Assembly (NCBI GenBank): GCA_951406725.2
Contig: OX597818.1
Coordinates: 40,734,001-40,798,000 of the forward strand
Direction: 5' to 3'
DNA: 64,000 nt
From: Octopus vulgaris
Lineage: Eukaryota
The notes under the pieces are model-generated. The model ran no database searches and was not told where the DNA came from. It saw only the letters and a list, made by a program, of their open reading frames with translations. A program made the position numbers and the translations under genes. Below, one piece after another: positions 11,714 through 24,017 of the stretch; the first letter of the stretch is position 1; each line of letters starts with the position of its first letter.

Positions 11714-12871
11714 ATTATATAAAAGGGCTTAGTAAAATAAATTACTTTGCCGCATACTGAACTCATTAGAAATAGCAGCCAAAAAAAAACTTTTTTAAAA
11801 ACTATTTCCAATACTTAAAGAAAACCTCTCTCATATAGTGTTTGCTCAATTCAACTCACAAAAGTATGGGGGTAGAGACATTAAAAAATCAAATGCAAAG
11901 GTTATTTGAGAACGTACGTTTCAAGATTAGTCAAAATCGACACTTCTATCATCAGCTCAGAACTCCCTGGTTTGGATTTGAAAACACTGAAAGTGGGAGC
12001 ATACCCTTTCGGCTTGTTATCACTTCTGAAGATCTGCTCAAAACTAACAGTGCTAGCAAATTCAAATATGCAAGCGAAGAATTTCTGCTCTCCCCTTTCC
12101 ACCAGCGTGGGTTAAAATCAGCAAACACTATGCTTTTTTCGGTAAAATCCGAGGCATTATATAGAGAGAGATGAATTATAATTTCAACAATTGAGGGTAA
12201 AATTAATTAATTAATCAATTTCACCAAGTATTCAGTATACAAAGGGACCATTTAAGGCGAATTCAAATTATTACATTATATAAAAGGGCTTAGTAAAATA
12301 AATTACTTTGCCGCATACTGAACTCATTAGAAATAGCAGCCAAAAAAAACTTTTTTAAAAACTATTTCCAATACTTAAAGAAAACCTCTCTCATATAGTG
12401 TTTGCTCAATTCAACTCACAAAAGTATGGGGGTAGAGACATTAAAAAATCAAATGCAAAGGTTATTTGAGAACGTACGTTTCAAGATTAGTCAAAATCGA
12501 CACTTCTATCATCAGCTCAGAACTCCCTGGTTTGGATTTGAAAACACTGAAAGTGGGAGCATACCCTTTCGGCTTGTTATCACTTGTTATCACTTCGGTA
12601 AAATCCGAGGCATTATATAGAGAGAGATGAATTATAATTTCAACAATTGAGGGTAAAATTAATTAATTAATCAATTTCACCAAGTATTCAGTATACAAAG
12701 GGACCATTTAAGGCGAATTCAAATTATTACATTATATAAAAGGGCTTAGTAAAATAAATTACTTTGCCCATTTTATATAATGTAATAATTTGAATTCGCC
12801 TTAAATGGTCCCTTTGTATACTGAATACTTGGTGAAATTGATTAATTAATTAATTTTACCCTCAATTGTTG

Positions 12872-12879
<8 letters not shown>
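11714..12879. repeat. Young tandem repeat (561-bp unit, 456-bp deleted unit, partial third unit) ending in a 109-bp inverted segment; Penelope-like architecture
   Basis: Units start at 11714, 12275 and 12731; 12771-12879 is the reverse complement of about 12633-12741; flanked by (TA)n. Confidence 0.85.
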
Positions 12880-12915
<36 letters not shown>

Positions 12916-12917
<2 letters not shown>

Positions 12918-13140
12918 TCTTTATTACCCACTAGGGGCTAATCACAGAGGGGACAAACAAGGACAGACAAAGGGATTAAGTCGATTACATCGACCCCAGT
13001 GCGTAACTGGTACTTAATTTATCGACCCTGAAAGGATGAAAGGCAAAGTCAACCTCGGCGGAATTTGAACTCAGAACGTAACGACAGACGAAATACCGCA
13101 AAGCATTTCGCCCGGCGTGCTAACGATTCCGCCAGCTCGC

Positions 13141-13142
<2 letters not shown>
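12916..13142 (-). mobile_element. SINE family B monomer
   Basis: Full head, core and tail match to other copies; embedded in (TA)n. Confidence 0.92.
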
Positions 13143-13200
<58 letters not shown>

Positions 13201-13260
13201 AGGTCTCTTTCTTTCTTTTGTTATCTTACCGTTTTATCAATATATATATATATATATATA

Positions 13261-13329
13261 TAGCACGACCTTGCGTTGTTGTTTTTCCTTGTGTTTGTTC
13301 TTCGTTTTTTTTTGTGATTTACTTTATAT

Positions 13330-13408
<79 letters not shown>

Positions 13409-13476
13409 AAGTAAATCCCCCACAAAAAAAAAACGAAGAACAAACACAAGGAAAACAACAACGCGAGGATGTGCTA
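13261..13476. repeat. ~215-bp palindrome centred on (CA)n(TA)n(TG)n
   Basis: Left arm TAGCACGACCTTGCGTTGTTGTTTTTCCTTGTG... mirrors ...CACAAGGAAAACAACAACGCGAGGATGTGCTA. Confidence 0.9.
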
Positions 13477-13519
13477 TATGCAAATTATCAGCAGACGCTC
13501 AGGGAAGGAAAGAAAGGTG

Positions 13520-13554
13520 GTTTTACGTTTCGAGCAAAGCTCTTCGTCAGAAAC
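13520..13554 (-). ncRNA. Minimal type I hammerhead-ribozyme-like motif with canonical CUGANGA core
   Basis: GTTT-CTGACGA-A-GAGC.TTT.GCTC-GAAA-C-GTA-AAAC: stem I GUUU/AAAC, stem II GAGC/GCUC, loopless palindromic stem III, GUA site. Confidence 0.65.
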
Positions 13555-13708
13555 AGGAGACAGAGGAAAGTCCAAGAGAAAAAGGAAGACGGAGGAATAT
13601 ATATCTTACCACACGCACACACAAGCACACACAAGTACACAAGCACACACACATACATACATACATCCTTTTTTCTCTCCTTTTTTCTCTCCTTGTTTTT
13701 TTGTGTCA

Positions 13709-13831
13709 CTTTCTGTAGAAGAGCGTAGGCTCGAAACGTAAAAGACTTTTTCTATTCCTGAGCGTTATACTAATACATCTGTTTGTTTTGTACACCACCT
13801 GTCTTCGTCTTTTGCTTTTTTCGTAAACTCT

Positions 13832-13836
<5 letters not shown>
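13709..13836 (+). mobile_element. Short dispersed repeat carrying a hammerhead-like motif at 13709-13744 (core CUGUAGA)
   Basis: Near-identical copies at 53771-53900 (+) and 61265-61373 (-); ends in (TA)n. Confidence 0.75.
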
Positions 13837-13885
<49 letters not shown>

Positions 13886-13915
13886 CGAGAGAGAGAGTAA
13901 GAGGGATAGATAGAG

Positions 13916-13982
<67 letters not shown>

Positions 13983-14959
13983 CAGATGCATACATACATA
14001 CATATACATACGCACATGTTGCAAAGCGGTAGCAACAAGGAAGAGTGAGCTCGCAAGTTATTTCATCACTAGTATTTTCCTTACCTTATCATGATTCGCT
14101 GATGCGGACTAGTAATACCGAAACGTGCCTCAAGTCCTCGCTGATGAAGCTCACTCAACACTGTTTCTGTAAATACAATAAAACTTAATTATTTAAACCT
14201 TCGAGTTTGTCCCTCCTGGTCTTTTTTAAAATACAATTAGGCATTGAAATAATGTCTAATCTCATTACTGAGGCCGTCAAAAATGTAAAGATGGGAGTTA
14301 AGTGTCAACAACCGGACGGGTTTCATTTTATACTTCAAAATTTTCGATCGTGGAACTGCTTCCTTAACGTTACCTTACTAACTCATCGGTAAGCCTTTTC
14401 CAGTTGAGTAGACTGGGATACCCTGAGGTACAGCAATTTACCCAAGGACAGACAAAACGAGCCTCCCGGAGAGAATCGAACCTAGAAACTTGATAGACAG
14501 CCCATTTGTTCCACCATAAATCCACAAAACTCCAAAAGTATTTAATTTTAATGAGACAAAATCCCTTGGTCTATTACATCAACTGTGTTAGCACCTTTAG
14601 CCATTTCTCTAAGGCTATTTAACCATAGTTGTGCCTCTAAAAACTTATATATTTGCTATTTAGCAAAGACTTCAGAAAACGATAAAGTGCTGTGCTCAAT
14701 TCCCCGCAGCCGGGCTGATCATTTTCCTTATGCCATGTTTGCGATTGGTTAGTCTTCTTGCTTTAATCCTAGGATGTGTTCGGTGGACATTTCGTAGTAG
14801 ATCCAAAGTCTTCAAGAGACCCGTTTTTTTGTGAAAGGTTCTCAACTGGAAGATAAGAAGAAAGGAAAACAGAACTATCCGTTCGATCTCCGTTGCAACA
14901 CCAACCTCGTTAGGAGGGATTAAGAACATAGCAAGCGGAGTCAGAAATGTAGAGGAAAA

Positions 14960-15275
14960 GGAGGAGGAGAGTGGTGGAGGAGGAGGAGACGGATGGAAGG
15001 GGGAAAGAAGAAGACGAAGAATGAGGAGGAGGAGGAGGAGGAGGAGACAAGAAGAAGAAGACGAAGAATGGGGAGGAGGAGGAGACAAGAAGAAGAAGAA
15101 GACGAAGAATGAGGAGGAGGAGGGGGAGGAGGAGACAAGAAGAAGAAGACGAAGAATGAGGAGACAAGAATAAGAAGAAGACGAAGAATGAGGAGGAGGA
15201 GACAAGAAGAAGAAGAAGAAGAAGAAGAAGAAGAAGAAGAAGAAGAAGAAGAAGAAGAAGAAGAAGAAGAAGAAA
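14960..15275. repeat. GA-rich minisatellite (~30-bp unit GAGGAGACAAGAAGAAGAAGACGAAGAAT) followed by (GAA)n
   Basis: Repeated unit seen directly. Confidence 0.85.
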
Positions 15276-15530
15276 AGAGGGAGGAAGATGGGGAGGAGAG
15301 GATAATGTCGATGGGGCAAAAACAAAGAGTGATTAGGACTGAAGCATGGTGACGGCTATGACGGAATCCCTGTTTTGTTACGAGAACGGAACAGATTGAG
15401 ATAAATAAAACCAAATTAAAATTTTAAAGAAAAAGAAAAAATTCGTAATACTACAACTGATTAGGTTGAACTGTTTTTCAACAATCCTTAGGTTGTTTTT
15501 ACCTTCAGAGAAACTGGACACACGCACGCA

Positions 15531-15587
<57 letters not shown>

Positions 15588-15588
15588 G

Positions 15589-15624
<36 letters not shown>

Positions 15625-15800
15625 CTTATTTTTAAATGGCGGTAGCATAGACCAGATTTATATAAACATATAGATATATATATATATATATATAGTATAT
15701 ATATGTATATATATATATATATATAATGTATGTTTATATAAACATACAGATATATGCAAAAATCTAGATGTATATATATATGTATTTGTATATGTATAAG

Positions 15801-15840
<40 letters not shown>

Positions 15841-16047
15841 CACACACTCATACATACATACATATATGTATATATATACAGCTATATATTTGTTTGTGCT
15901 TATACAATATATATATATTTATATGTGTATGTGTGTGTGTGTATGTATGTATGTATATATGTATGTATGTATGTAGGTAGGTAGGTAGGTAGGTAGGTAG
16001 GTAGGTAGGTAGCGAGGGAGGGAGGTATTATGTATGTATATAGGTAT

Positions 16048-16078
<31 letters not shown>

Positions 16079-16866
16079 TAAATACATGCATATATATATA
16101 TATGTAAATATTTATATATATACATACGTGTGCATACGTACACACACACACAGATACATACACACACAGTTACACACACACACACTCGCACATATAACAG
16201 GAGAGCAATGAACAAATATTATGCAAAAGAGGATAAAACTATACAAAGCAAAATAAGAAAAGAAATATGCAAAAACACAAAGCAAAATAATTAAAAAAAC
16301 ACGGAAGTAGCGTAGAAAGAGAACCAAGACCAAACGAGGATGCTTAATTAGAATGTGTAGCCCAATTGTTATTCATTTATTTTTTTTCAGGGATGGTGAG
16401 GTACATTTTTAAGAAAGGGCGAGTGGTTCTGCCTGTTTTACGAAATAAAAATAAGATTTTTTTTAATTTCTGTGTTTTTTGGGGGGGTTTTTTTGTATTT
16501 TTTGCAGTAATCAAGCAAAGAATTACCTCAATTTAAGAGAACAGCCCTGGGACACGACTTCATTAAGCAACGACAAAATTTCTGCTTGGTTGTAGCCGTA
16601 TATATTTTTCTGACGTCAGCGCAGCCATCCATACTTATGCGTGCAGACGCACATCTTGAGTAATGCTTCCCTCCAAGGATGCATGCGCATACATAGCTGC
16701 TCAGTGATACTCATACAGGTCTTCATGGTTGCATGCATAGTGACACAACACGTACATACAAATGCATATCTATATAAGTATACATACATATAGATAGAAA
16801 TAATACGTATATATACATAGACATGTGTGCGCATATATATATACATACATATATATATATATACAT

Positions 16867-17013
<147 letters not shown>

Positions 17014-17014
17014 C

Positions 17015-17095
17015 TTTGATGCTTTGATACTTTGATAGGTTTCGGCCATTATTGGCCCAGGCCATATCTAACTTAATAGCACCACCTGGTAGTAT
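17015..17095 (-). mobile_element. Very short 3' end of a CR1/L2-group LINE
   Basis: CAGGTGGTGCTATTAAGTTAGATATGGCC... matches the 3' UTR of the element at 45200-45969; (ATCAAAG)n tail. Confidence 0.8.
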
Positions 17096-17169
17096 TTCAA
17101 GTCAGAATTTGGGCACTATATACATACAATATATATATATATATATATATATACATACATATACATATA

Positions 17170-17233
<64 letters not shown>

Positions 17234-17393
17234 TATACATATATATATATATATATATCATATATATATATATATATACATACATATATATATATATATA
17301 TATGATATATACATATAAATGTATATATATATATATATATATATAAATGTATATATATATTATATATATATGAATGTATATGTATTATATATA

Positions 17394-17545
17394 GGCGTAG
17401 GACTGGCTGTGTGGTAAGTAGCTTGCTTACCAGCCACATGGTTCCGGGTTCAGTCCCAGTGCGTGGCAACTTCGGCAAGTGTCTTCTACTATAGCCTCGG
17501 GTCGACCAAAGCGGATTTGGTAGGCTGAAACTGTAAGAAGCCCGT

Positions 17546-17604
<59 letters not shown>

Positions 17605-17820
17605 GGTGTGTCGATGTTTGTGTGTCTGTGTTTGTCCCCCCACAGCGCTTGACAACCGATGCTGGTGTGTTCACGTCCCCGTAACTAAGCGGTTCGGCAA
17701 AAATGACCGATGGAGTAAGTACTAGGCTTACAAAGAATAAGTCCTGGGGTCGATTTACACGACTAAAGGCGGTACTCTAGCTTGGCCACAGTCAAATGAT
17801 TGAAACAAATATAAGAGTAA
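17394..17820 (+). mobile_element. SINE family A, full length, with internal (TA)n
   Basis: A/B boxes, internal microsatellite, tail CAGTCAAATGATTGAAAC. Confidence 0.92.
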
Positions 17821-18021
17821 GGATACAGAGCATCTTTCTAAAAGATATAAATTGAAATGTGTTGGTCAATCAGTCAACTAAAACGCTAATGGCTTTGAGA
17901 TGTAGTTTAGGATATTTAGACTAGCCCATCAGAAGCGCGGTTCTATATGTGGGAGCAGTATTCTCTTTTGAGTATCACCTAATTTTGTAGAGCCTTAATT
18001 TATTTATTTTCGTCAGACTTC

Positions 18022-18554
18022 TCTCTCTATCCGCTCAGTCGAAGTCGACTCTCGGTCACTCGTTGGATCAGTGCCCTCCAGTCAGTTCTATCCTGGGCCG
18101 CTTCGTTCAGATTGGCTATGTCTATTCTGGTATCCCTCTTGATGGTGTCAAGCCAGCGGCTTCTTGGTCGGCCTCTTCCTGTCTTGCCACTGACCATTCC
18201 GAGCATGATGTCCTTCTCCAGGGATTTTCTCCGCATTATATGACCGAAATATGCCAATCTATGCTTGGTGATCCTAGCTTCTAGTGACATTTTCGGCCTT
18301 ATCTGCTTAAGAACTTCTCCGTTGGTGAGCCTCGCTGTCCATTGAATCCGTAAAAGTCTTCTCCAACACCAAAGCTCGAATGCATTAATTCTCTTCTGGT
18401 CAGCTTTCTTTAGTGTCCAGGTCTCGCATCCATATGTTGCTATTGGGAAGACAATTGCATTCATCAATCTGCATTTGGTAGTGAGTATGATGTCTCTACT
18501 CTTCCAGACCCTGCTCATGCTGACCATTGCCCCTCTGCCTAGTACTTCACCCTG
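18022..18554 (-). mobile_element. 5'-truncated RTE-clade (BovB-like) LINE with uninterrupted ORF C-terminus at 18027-18527
   Basis: Motifs TKCRLMNAIVFPIATYGCETWT, FELWCWRRLLRI, YFGHIMRR, GRGRPRSRWLD; TSD CGTCAGACTTC at 18011-18021 and 18555-18565. Confidence 0.95.
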
Positions 18555-19773
18555 CGTCAGACTTCACACAGGATGAATTCAGCTGTTTCCAACTGGTGAA
18601 TCTTACAAATTCTGACACAAATAAATAAATTAATGCCTTACTCTACTAATGCAACTAAAACGCCTTTTCTCAGCAAAGTATAGCCAGCCTTCACTCGCAA
18701 ATCTATTGTTATTAAGTACCTAAGCAGTCTTGAGCAGACATTTATGCTCTTCGGACCCTTTTTCTTCCACCCAACAACACATTCAGCATATGACAATTAG
18801 AAGGAGCCGCAATTGAAAGAGAGCTGCACCATTAGCCGGTTGATAGTCACTTACAGATGAATAGAAAGGAGTAACGTGAAAGATATTTTCTTGCTCAAAG
18901 ACACGACTTGAGACGAGAAATTTATTTACCAAGTTTAAGCGGTACACACTATGTAAAGCACTATATTACCAGTTCTGAATTTTAATATAAGTTGAACTCA
19001 ATGCAATGAAGGCCCAGGCAAATTTTTAACAAACTCGTTTTGTGGCCATGTGGTTTCAGGTTCAGTCCAGCTGTGCAGCACTTTGGGTAAGTTTCTTCTA
19101 CTATAGCCCCGGACCAACCAATGCGTTGTGACTTTCGTAAAGGGAAACTGTGCGGAAACCTGTCATGCATATGTATATGTGTTGCGTGTGTGTATTTGTG
19201 TGGTGCACACATACACACACAAATACATATACACATATGTAATTTCATATAAACATGTGTGTGTGTGCGTGTGTGTGTGTAAATACATTCATATGTGTTC
19301 GTGTAGCGATGAAGACAGATAGATAAATAGTCAGACAGACAGATAGACATAGAGAGAAAGAAAGAATCAGGCAAATGACAAATATAATGTAAGGGAATTA
19401 GAAGTATATCAAAGAATTAAAGAATTTGTAAGATGAAAGTTAAAGACGTTAGACAACTAAAACAGAGATGGTTTGAGATGTGTGCCAGAAGAAAAGAATT
19501 TCTACATACAAGATGCTTTTTGAGAGATTTCCAGATGAAAGGGAATGTCTGAGGACGTCCTTACTGTGCCTACCTTCAATTACGAAGATCTAAAGAAACT
19601 CGTTAAGTTCCCAACAGACAAATGAAAAACAAAAGTAAAATAAAATAAAATAAAACAAAATAAAAGAGTGACTCGGCTGATTCTACAGCCGTTCTTTATT
19701 TAAACTGTCCTATAAAATTCATAAGTCTTGGTGGCGTTGACATTAACGACAACGAAAACAACAATAGCAAATA

Positions 19774-20193
19774 GGCGCAGGAGTGGCTGTGTGGTAAGTA
19801 GCTTGCTAACCAACCACATGGTTCCGGGTTCAGTCCCACTGCGTGGCATCTTGGGCAAGTATCTTCTGCTATAGCCCCGGGCCGACCAATGCCTTGTGAG
19901 TGGATTTGGTAGACGGAAACTGAAAGAAGTCTGTCGTATATATGTATATATATATATATGTATGTCTGTGTGTGTTTGTGTGTCTGTGTTTGTTCCCCTA
20001 GCATTGCTTGACAACCGATGCTGGTGTGTTTACGTCCCCGTTACTTAGCGGTTCGGCAAAAAGAGACCGATAGAATAAGTACTGGGCTTACAAAAAGAAT
20101 AAGTCCCGGGGTCGAGTTGCTCGACTAAAGGCGGTGCTCCAGCATGGCCGCAGTCAAATGACTGAAACAAGTAAAAGTGTAAAAAAGTGTAAA
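19774..20193 (+). mobile_element. SINE family A, full length
   Basis: Complete head, body and tail ending in (GTAAAA)-like repeats. Confidence 0.93.
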
Positions 20194-20329
20194 CAACGAT
20201 AACTAAGAAACTAACAATGGCGAAGAGAACAACAACAACGGCAACAACGAGAACAACAACAACAAACAACAACAACTGCAATAGTCGAGAACCAAGAGTA
20301 GCATCAGACAACATCAAAACAAATTTCTT

Positions 20330-20690
20330 TGGGATAAAAGAAATTTGGGATAATACAATGAGTGAGATTAAATATAGCGAATATTTTGTTTAACAATCAC
20401 ATTAAAACACAACAAGATGACTTTGTACAGTTAGTTACATGGGATATGTAACACACTGCCTAAATACCAATTTTGAGAAATTAGGTTTCTCAAAAACCAG
20501 AAAGGAGAAGGCTATTTCGAAAACTACAGATCCAATCCATCACTGGAACTGTAAAAATCTATAAAAGATTTCCAGAAGTTTATCATTTAAATATATATGG
20601 GCATGTCTAGATATGCAACTACGTGCATGAGACTACATACAGAAAACATACAAATCTGCACATACATTACATACATACGTACATACATAC

Positions 20691-20721
<31 letters not shown>

Positions 20722-20734
20722 CATACATACATAC

Positions 20735-20793
<59 letters not shown>

Positions 20794-20879
20794 CATACAT
20801 ACATACTTACATACATGCATACATACATACATACATACCTACATACATACATACATACATACATACATACATACATACA

Positions 20880-20910
<31 letters not shown>

Positions 20911-21010
20911 TGTATGTTGTTGGTGTTGAAATTCTAATGAAGTAACCGTGTATCTATGTTAGAAACCGGTTCTTTCTCTATTGGCAAGAAATTTTGAGAT
21001 AAACTGAATA
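20330..21010 (+). mobile_element. Degenerate 3' end of an RLE-type non-LTR retrotransposon with (TACA)n in its 3' UTR
   Basis: Frameshifted translation GYVTHCLNTNFEKLGFSK..ERRRLFRKLQIQSITGTVKI resembles RLE-LINE C-termini; clade uncertain. Confidence 0.5.
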
Positions 21011-21247
21011 ATGTCGTACATATTGTTGCAAGCGACGACCTGGATAAGGTGGGATTTTTAGAAATCAACCAGAGAAGATGCACATCACCAAATACCATTT
21101 ATAATCCGACAGTAAAATTATACAAGATGTGAATTTGCATTTGTTATTTACATTCCAACGATTGAGCTTTGTACATCTTCTAGAAACCATCTCCATCTCT
21201 TCGAGAAGGTTACAAATAATTATACAATAAAAGATATGCTTACATTC

Positions 21248-21290
<43 letters not shown>

Positions 21291-21587
21291 CATACATGAG
21301 CGTGTGAGTTTGTGGGAACTGTGGGAACGTACGGAAACCATGACCGGTTATCGGGTGGTTGTGGGGTCAAACACAAGGACACAGAAACGTGGAAACACAC
21401 ACATTCAAATAGCCGATAGATAGTTTCCAGCTACCTAATTCACTCACAAACTATTAATCAGTCTCCGGTATAGAAGGCACTTGCCTCAAGTACCGCATAG
21501 TGAGGCTGAACCAGAAAACATGGCGTTGCAAAGCCATGCCTACACATACACATACACACACACATATACATATACATATACATGTAC

Positions 21588-21740
<153 letters not shown>

Positions 21741-21955
21741 TATACACACACACATATATATGTATATATATATATATATATATATACATATATATCTATA
21801 CGCATATATATACACACACACATATATATGTATATATATAACTCCTATAAAATGTGTAGTATGCCACTTTCATTCGTTTGTCCACCCACTCGTATATAGA
21901 TATATATTTATGTATGTATATATATGTATGTATATATACATATACATACGCAAAA

Positions 21956-21992
<37 letters not shown>

Positions 21993-22406
21993 ACAGTCTC
22001 TTGCATAATGTTCGTTTCCTACTTTGATGTCGACCTCCTTGTCTATGAACTTCATCTTCACTGTTCTATCAATTGGGCGGCAAAAGAAACACTCTTCAAA
22101 TTCCAAGCTTTGAAAAGTAGAGAAGCCGCTTTCATTTATCTTTCACTCATGTCTGATGCTATCTGAAGAACAAGTGACCTGGTCAGCCGGCCGAATTTAT
22201 ATCATATTAAAGTACAGGTCTTTTGAAATTGAAACGACGCTGTTTGTACGCCATTTTGAAATAATTTTCGCGTTCCACTCCCATCCACCACATTTGTTTC
22301 TCCATATCTTTCTTTTATTCCTCTTTTCGTCTTATATTCAATATATAGGTATATATATATAATGCATACACTTAGAAAATAAAACACACACAAACATACA
22401 TATATG

Positions 22407-22440
<34 letters not shown>

Positions 22441-22486
22441 TCACACATATATATGTATCTATATATATATATGTGTGTGTGTGTAT

Positions 22487-22720
22487 GTGGAGACGCGTGG
22501 CTTAATGGTTAGGGTGTCAGCATCATGATCGTAAGATTGTGGTTTCGATTCCTGGATCGGGCGACGCGTTGTGTTCTTGAGCAAAACACTTCATTTCACG
22601 TTGCTTCAGTCCACTCAGCTGGCAAAATTGAGTAATGCTGCGATGGACTGGTGCTCCGTCCAGCTGGGGAACACATGCGCAGTAGAAACCGGCCCATGAG
22701 CCTGGCTAGGCTTTAAAGGG
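22487..22720 (+). mobile_element. tRNA-derived SINE: family C-related head, CORE-like body and tail type c
   Basis: A/B boxes; GTTGTGTTCTTGAGCAAAACACTT body; tail CTGCGATGGACTGG...CCCATGAGCCTGGCTAGGCTTTAAA shared with 49066 and 51272. Confidence 0.85.
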
Positions 22721-22849
22721 GAGAAATATACGTACGTACATACGTACGTATGTACGTATGTAGGTATGTACGTATGTATGTATGTATGTATGTATGTATG
22801 TATGTATGTATGTATGTATGTATGTGTTTGTGTGATATATGTATATATA

Positions 22850-23724
22850 CAGGGTGCGATGGGTAAATTGTTACCATTTTATATTCATAATTTCACGCAT
22901 GTACATTGTCTGTTTCTGATTTTTTGACTACACAGTATAGTAGGGTCAGTTGGGCACGGTCTGTGAGAAAAACAGCACCATCACGCAATTCACTCTACCA
23001 GAAATTTGAAACGACATGCTGCACTGCTTGACAGTAGCGCCAGAAGCTCCAATACGAACATTGCAGAGTGCTTGAGTGTCAATGTGAGGACAGTGCAATC
23101 TGAAGACGTGTACTTAGAGTGGTAAAAATCAAATATCTAGTCAACATCATGCTGTTTGGGGTGATCACTAGTGAAGGCGACATTCCTCTTCCCACATGGC
23201 TTTCAAACTCAGCACAGAAGCCTACATCAAGTGTCTGGAGGAGGTAGTGCTGCCCTGGGTCAAAAGGATGACTGCTGGGAGACCTTATGTCTGGCAACAG
23301 GATTCTGCATCGTGCCACACAAGCAGGAAGACCCAGTCATCGCTGTCAGACAATTTCTGCGACCACATCATCTCTAACATCTGGCAACCTAACTCCCTGG
23401 ACTGCAACCTCCTTGATTATTATGTGTGGGGCGCAGTTGAGTGGGATATCAGCAAAACTCCTTGTAACAGGAAAGATGAACTGAAGGCAAGGATTATGGC
23501 AGCATTGACCAACTTAAACGAGGGGACCATCCAGAGCAGTTGCAGGAGATTCCGAAGTCGTCTGGAGGATGTGGCTGAAGCCAATAGCGATTTTATTGAA
23601 TAAATTTACTCTTTAGTATTTCAAGGTATTTTTATGTAATTTTAGTATATTTATTTGTTAAAATGAGATGTTAGTGTGATTTTCAGTTTTGCATAAATTT
23701 GACGACAATATATTCACCGCACCC

Positions 23725-23726
<2 letters not shown>
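22850..23726 (+). mobile_element. Tc1/mariner maT-type (DD37D) transposon, internally deleted
   Basis: ORF 23196-23603 WQQDSASCH...WQPNSLDCNLLDYYVW with 37 residues between the Asp residues; imperfect TIRs CAGGGTGCGATGGGTAAATTGT / ACAATATATTCACCGCACCCTA; TA flanks. Confidence 0.93.
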
Positions 23727-23796
<70 letters not shown>

Positions 23797-23960
23797 ATGA
23801 GAGAAAGAGGAACAAGCAGACAGACAAACTGACAAACAGACGCAGATTGCTTTGAATGCAGGTGAATAAATATATGTGTGTGTGTGTATATTTCTAAGCA
23901 TATGTATACGTATCTATGTGTACGCGTGTGTTCGCATGTACGTATGCGTGTGTATGTGTT

Positions 23961-24017
<57 letters not shown>

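Noticed and set aside
11842-12174. 110-aa ORF repeated in the tandem unit
   Set aside because: Non-ATG start, no recognisable domain, and truncated in the second unit.
20925-20975. Hammerhead-like string CTAATGAAG-TAAC...GTTA-GAAACCGGTT in the RLE-LINE 3' UTR
   Set aside because: The essential G5 is missing and stem I does not pair in register; not supportable without a family consensus.
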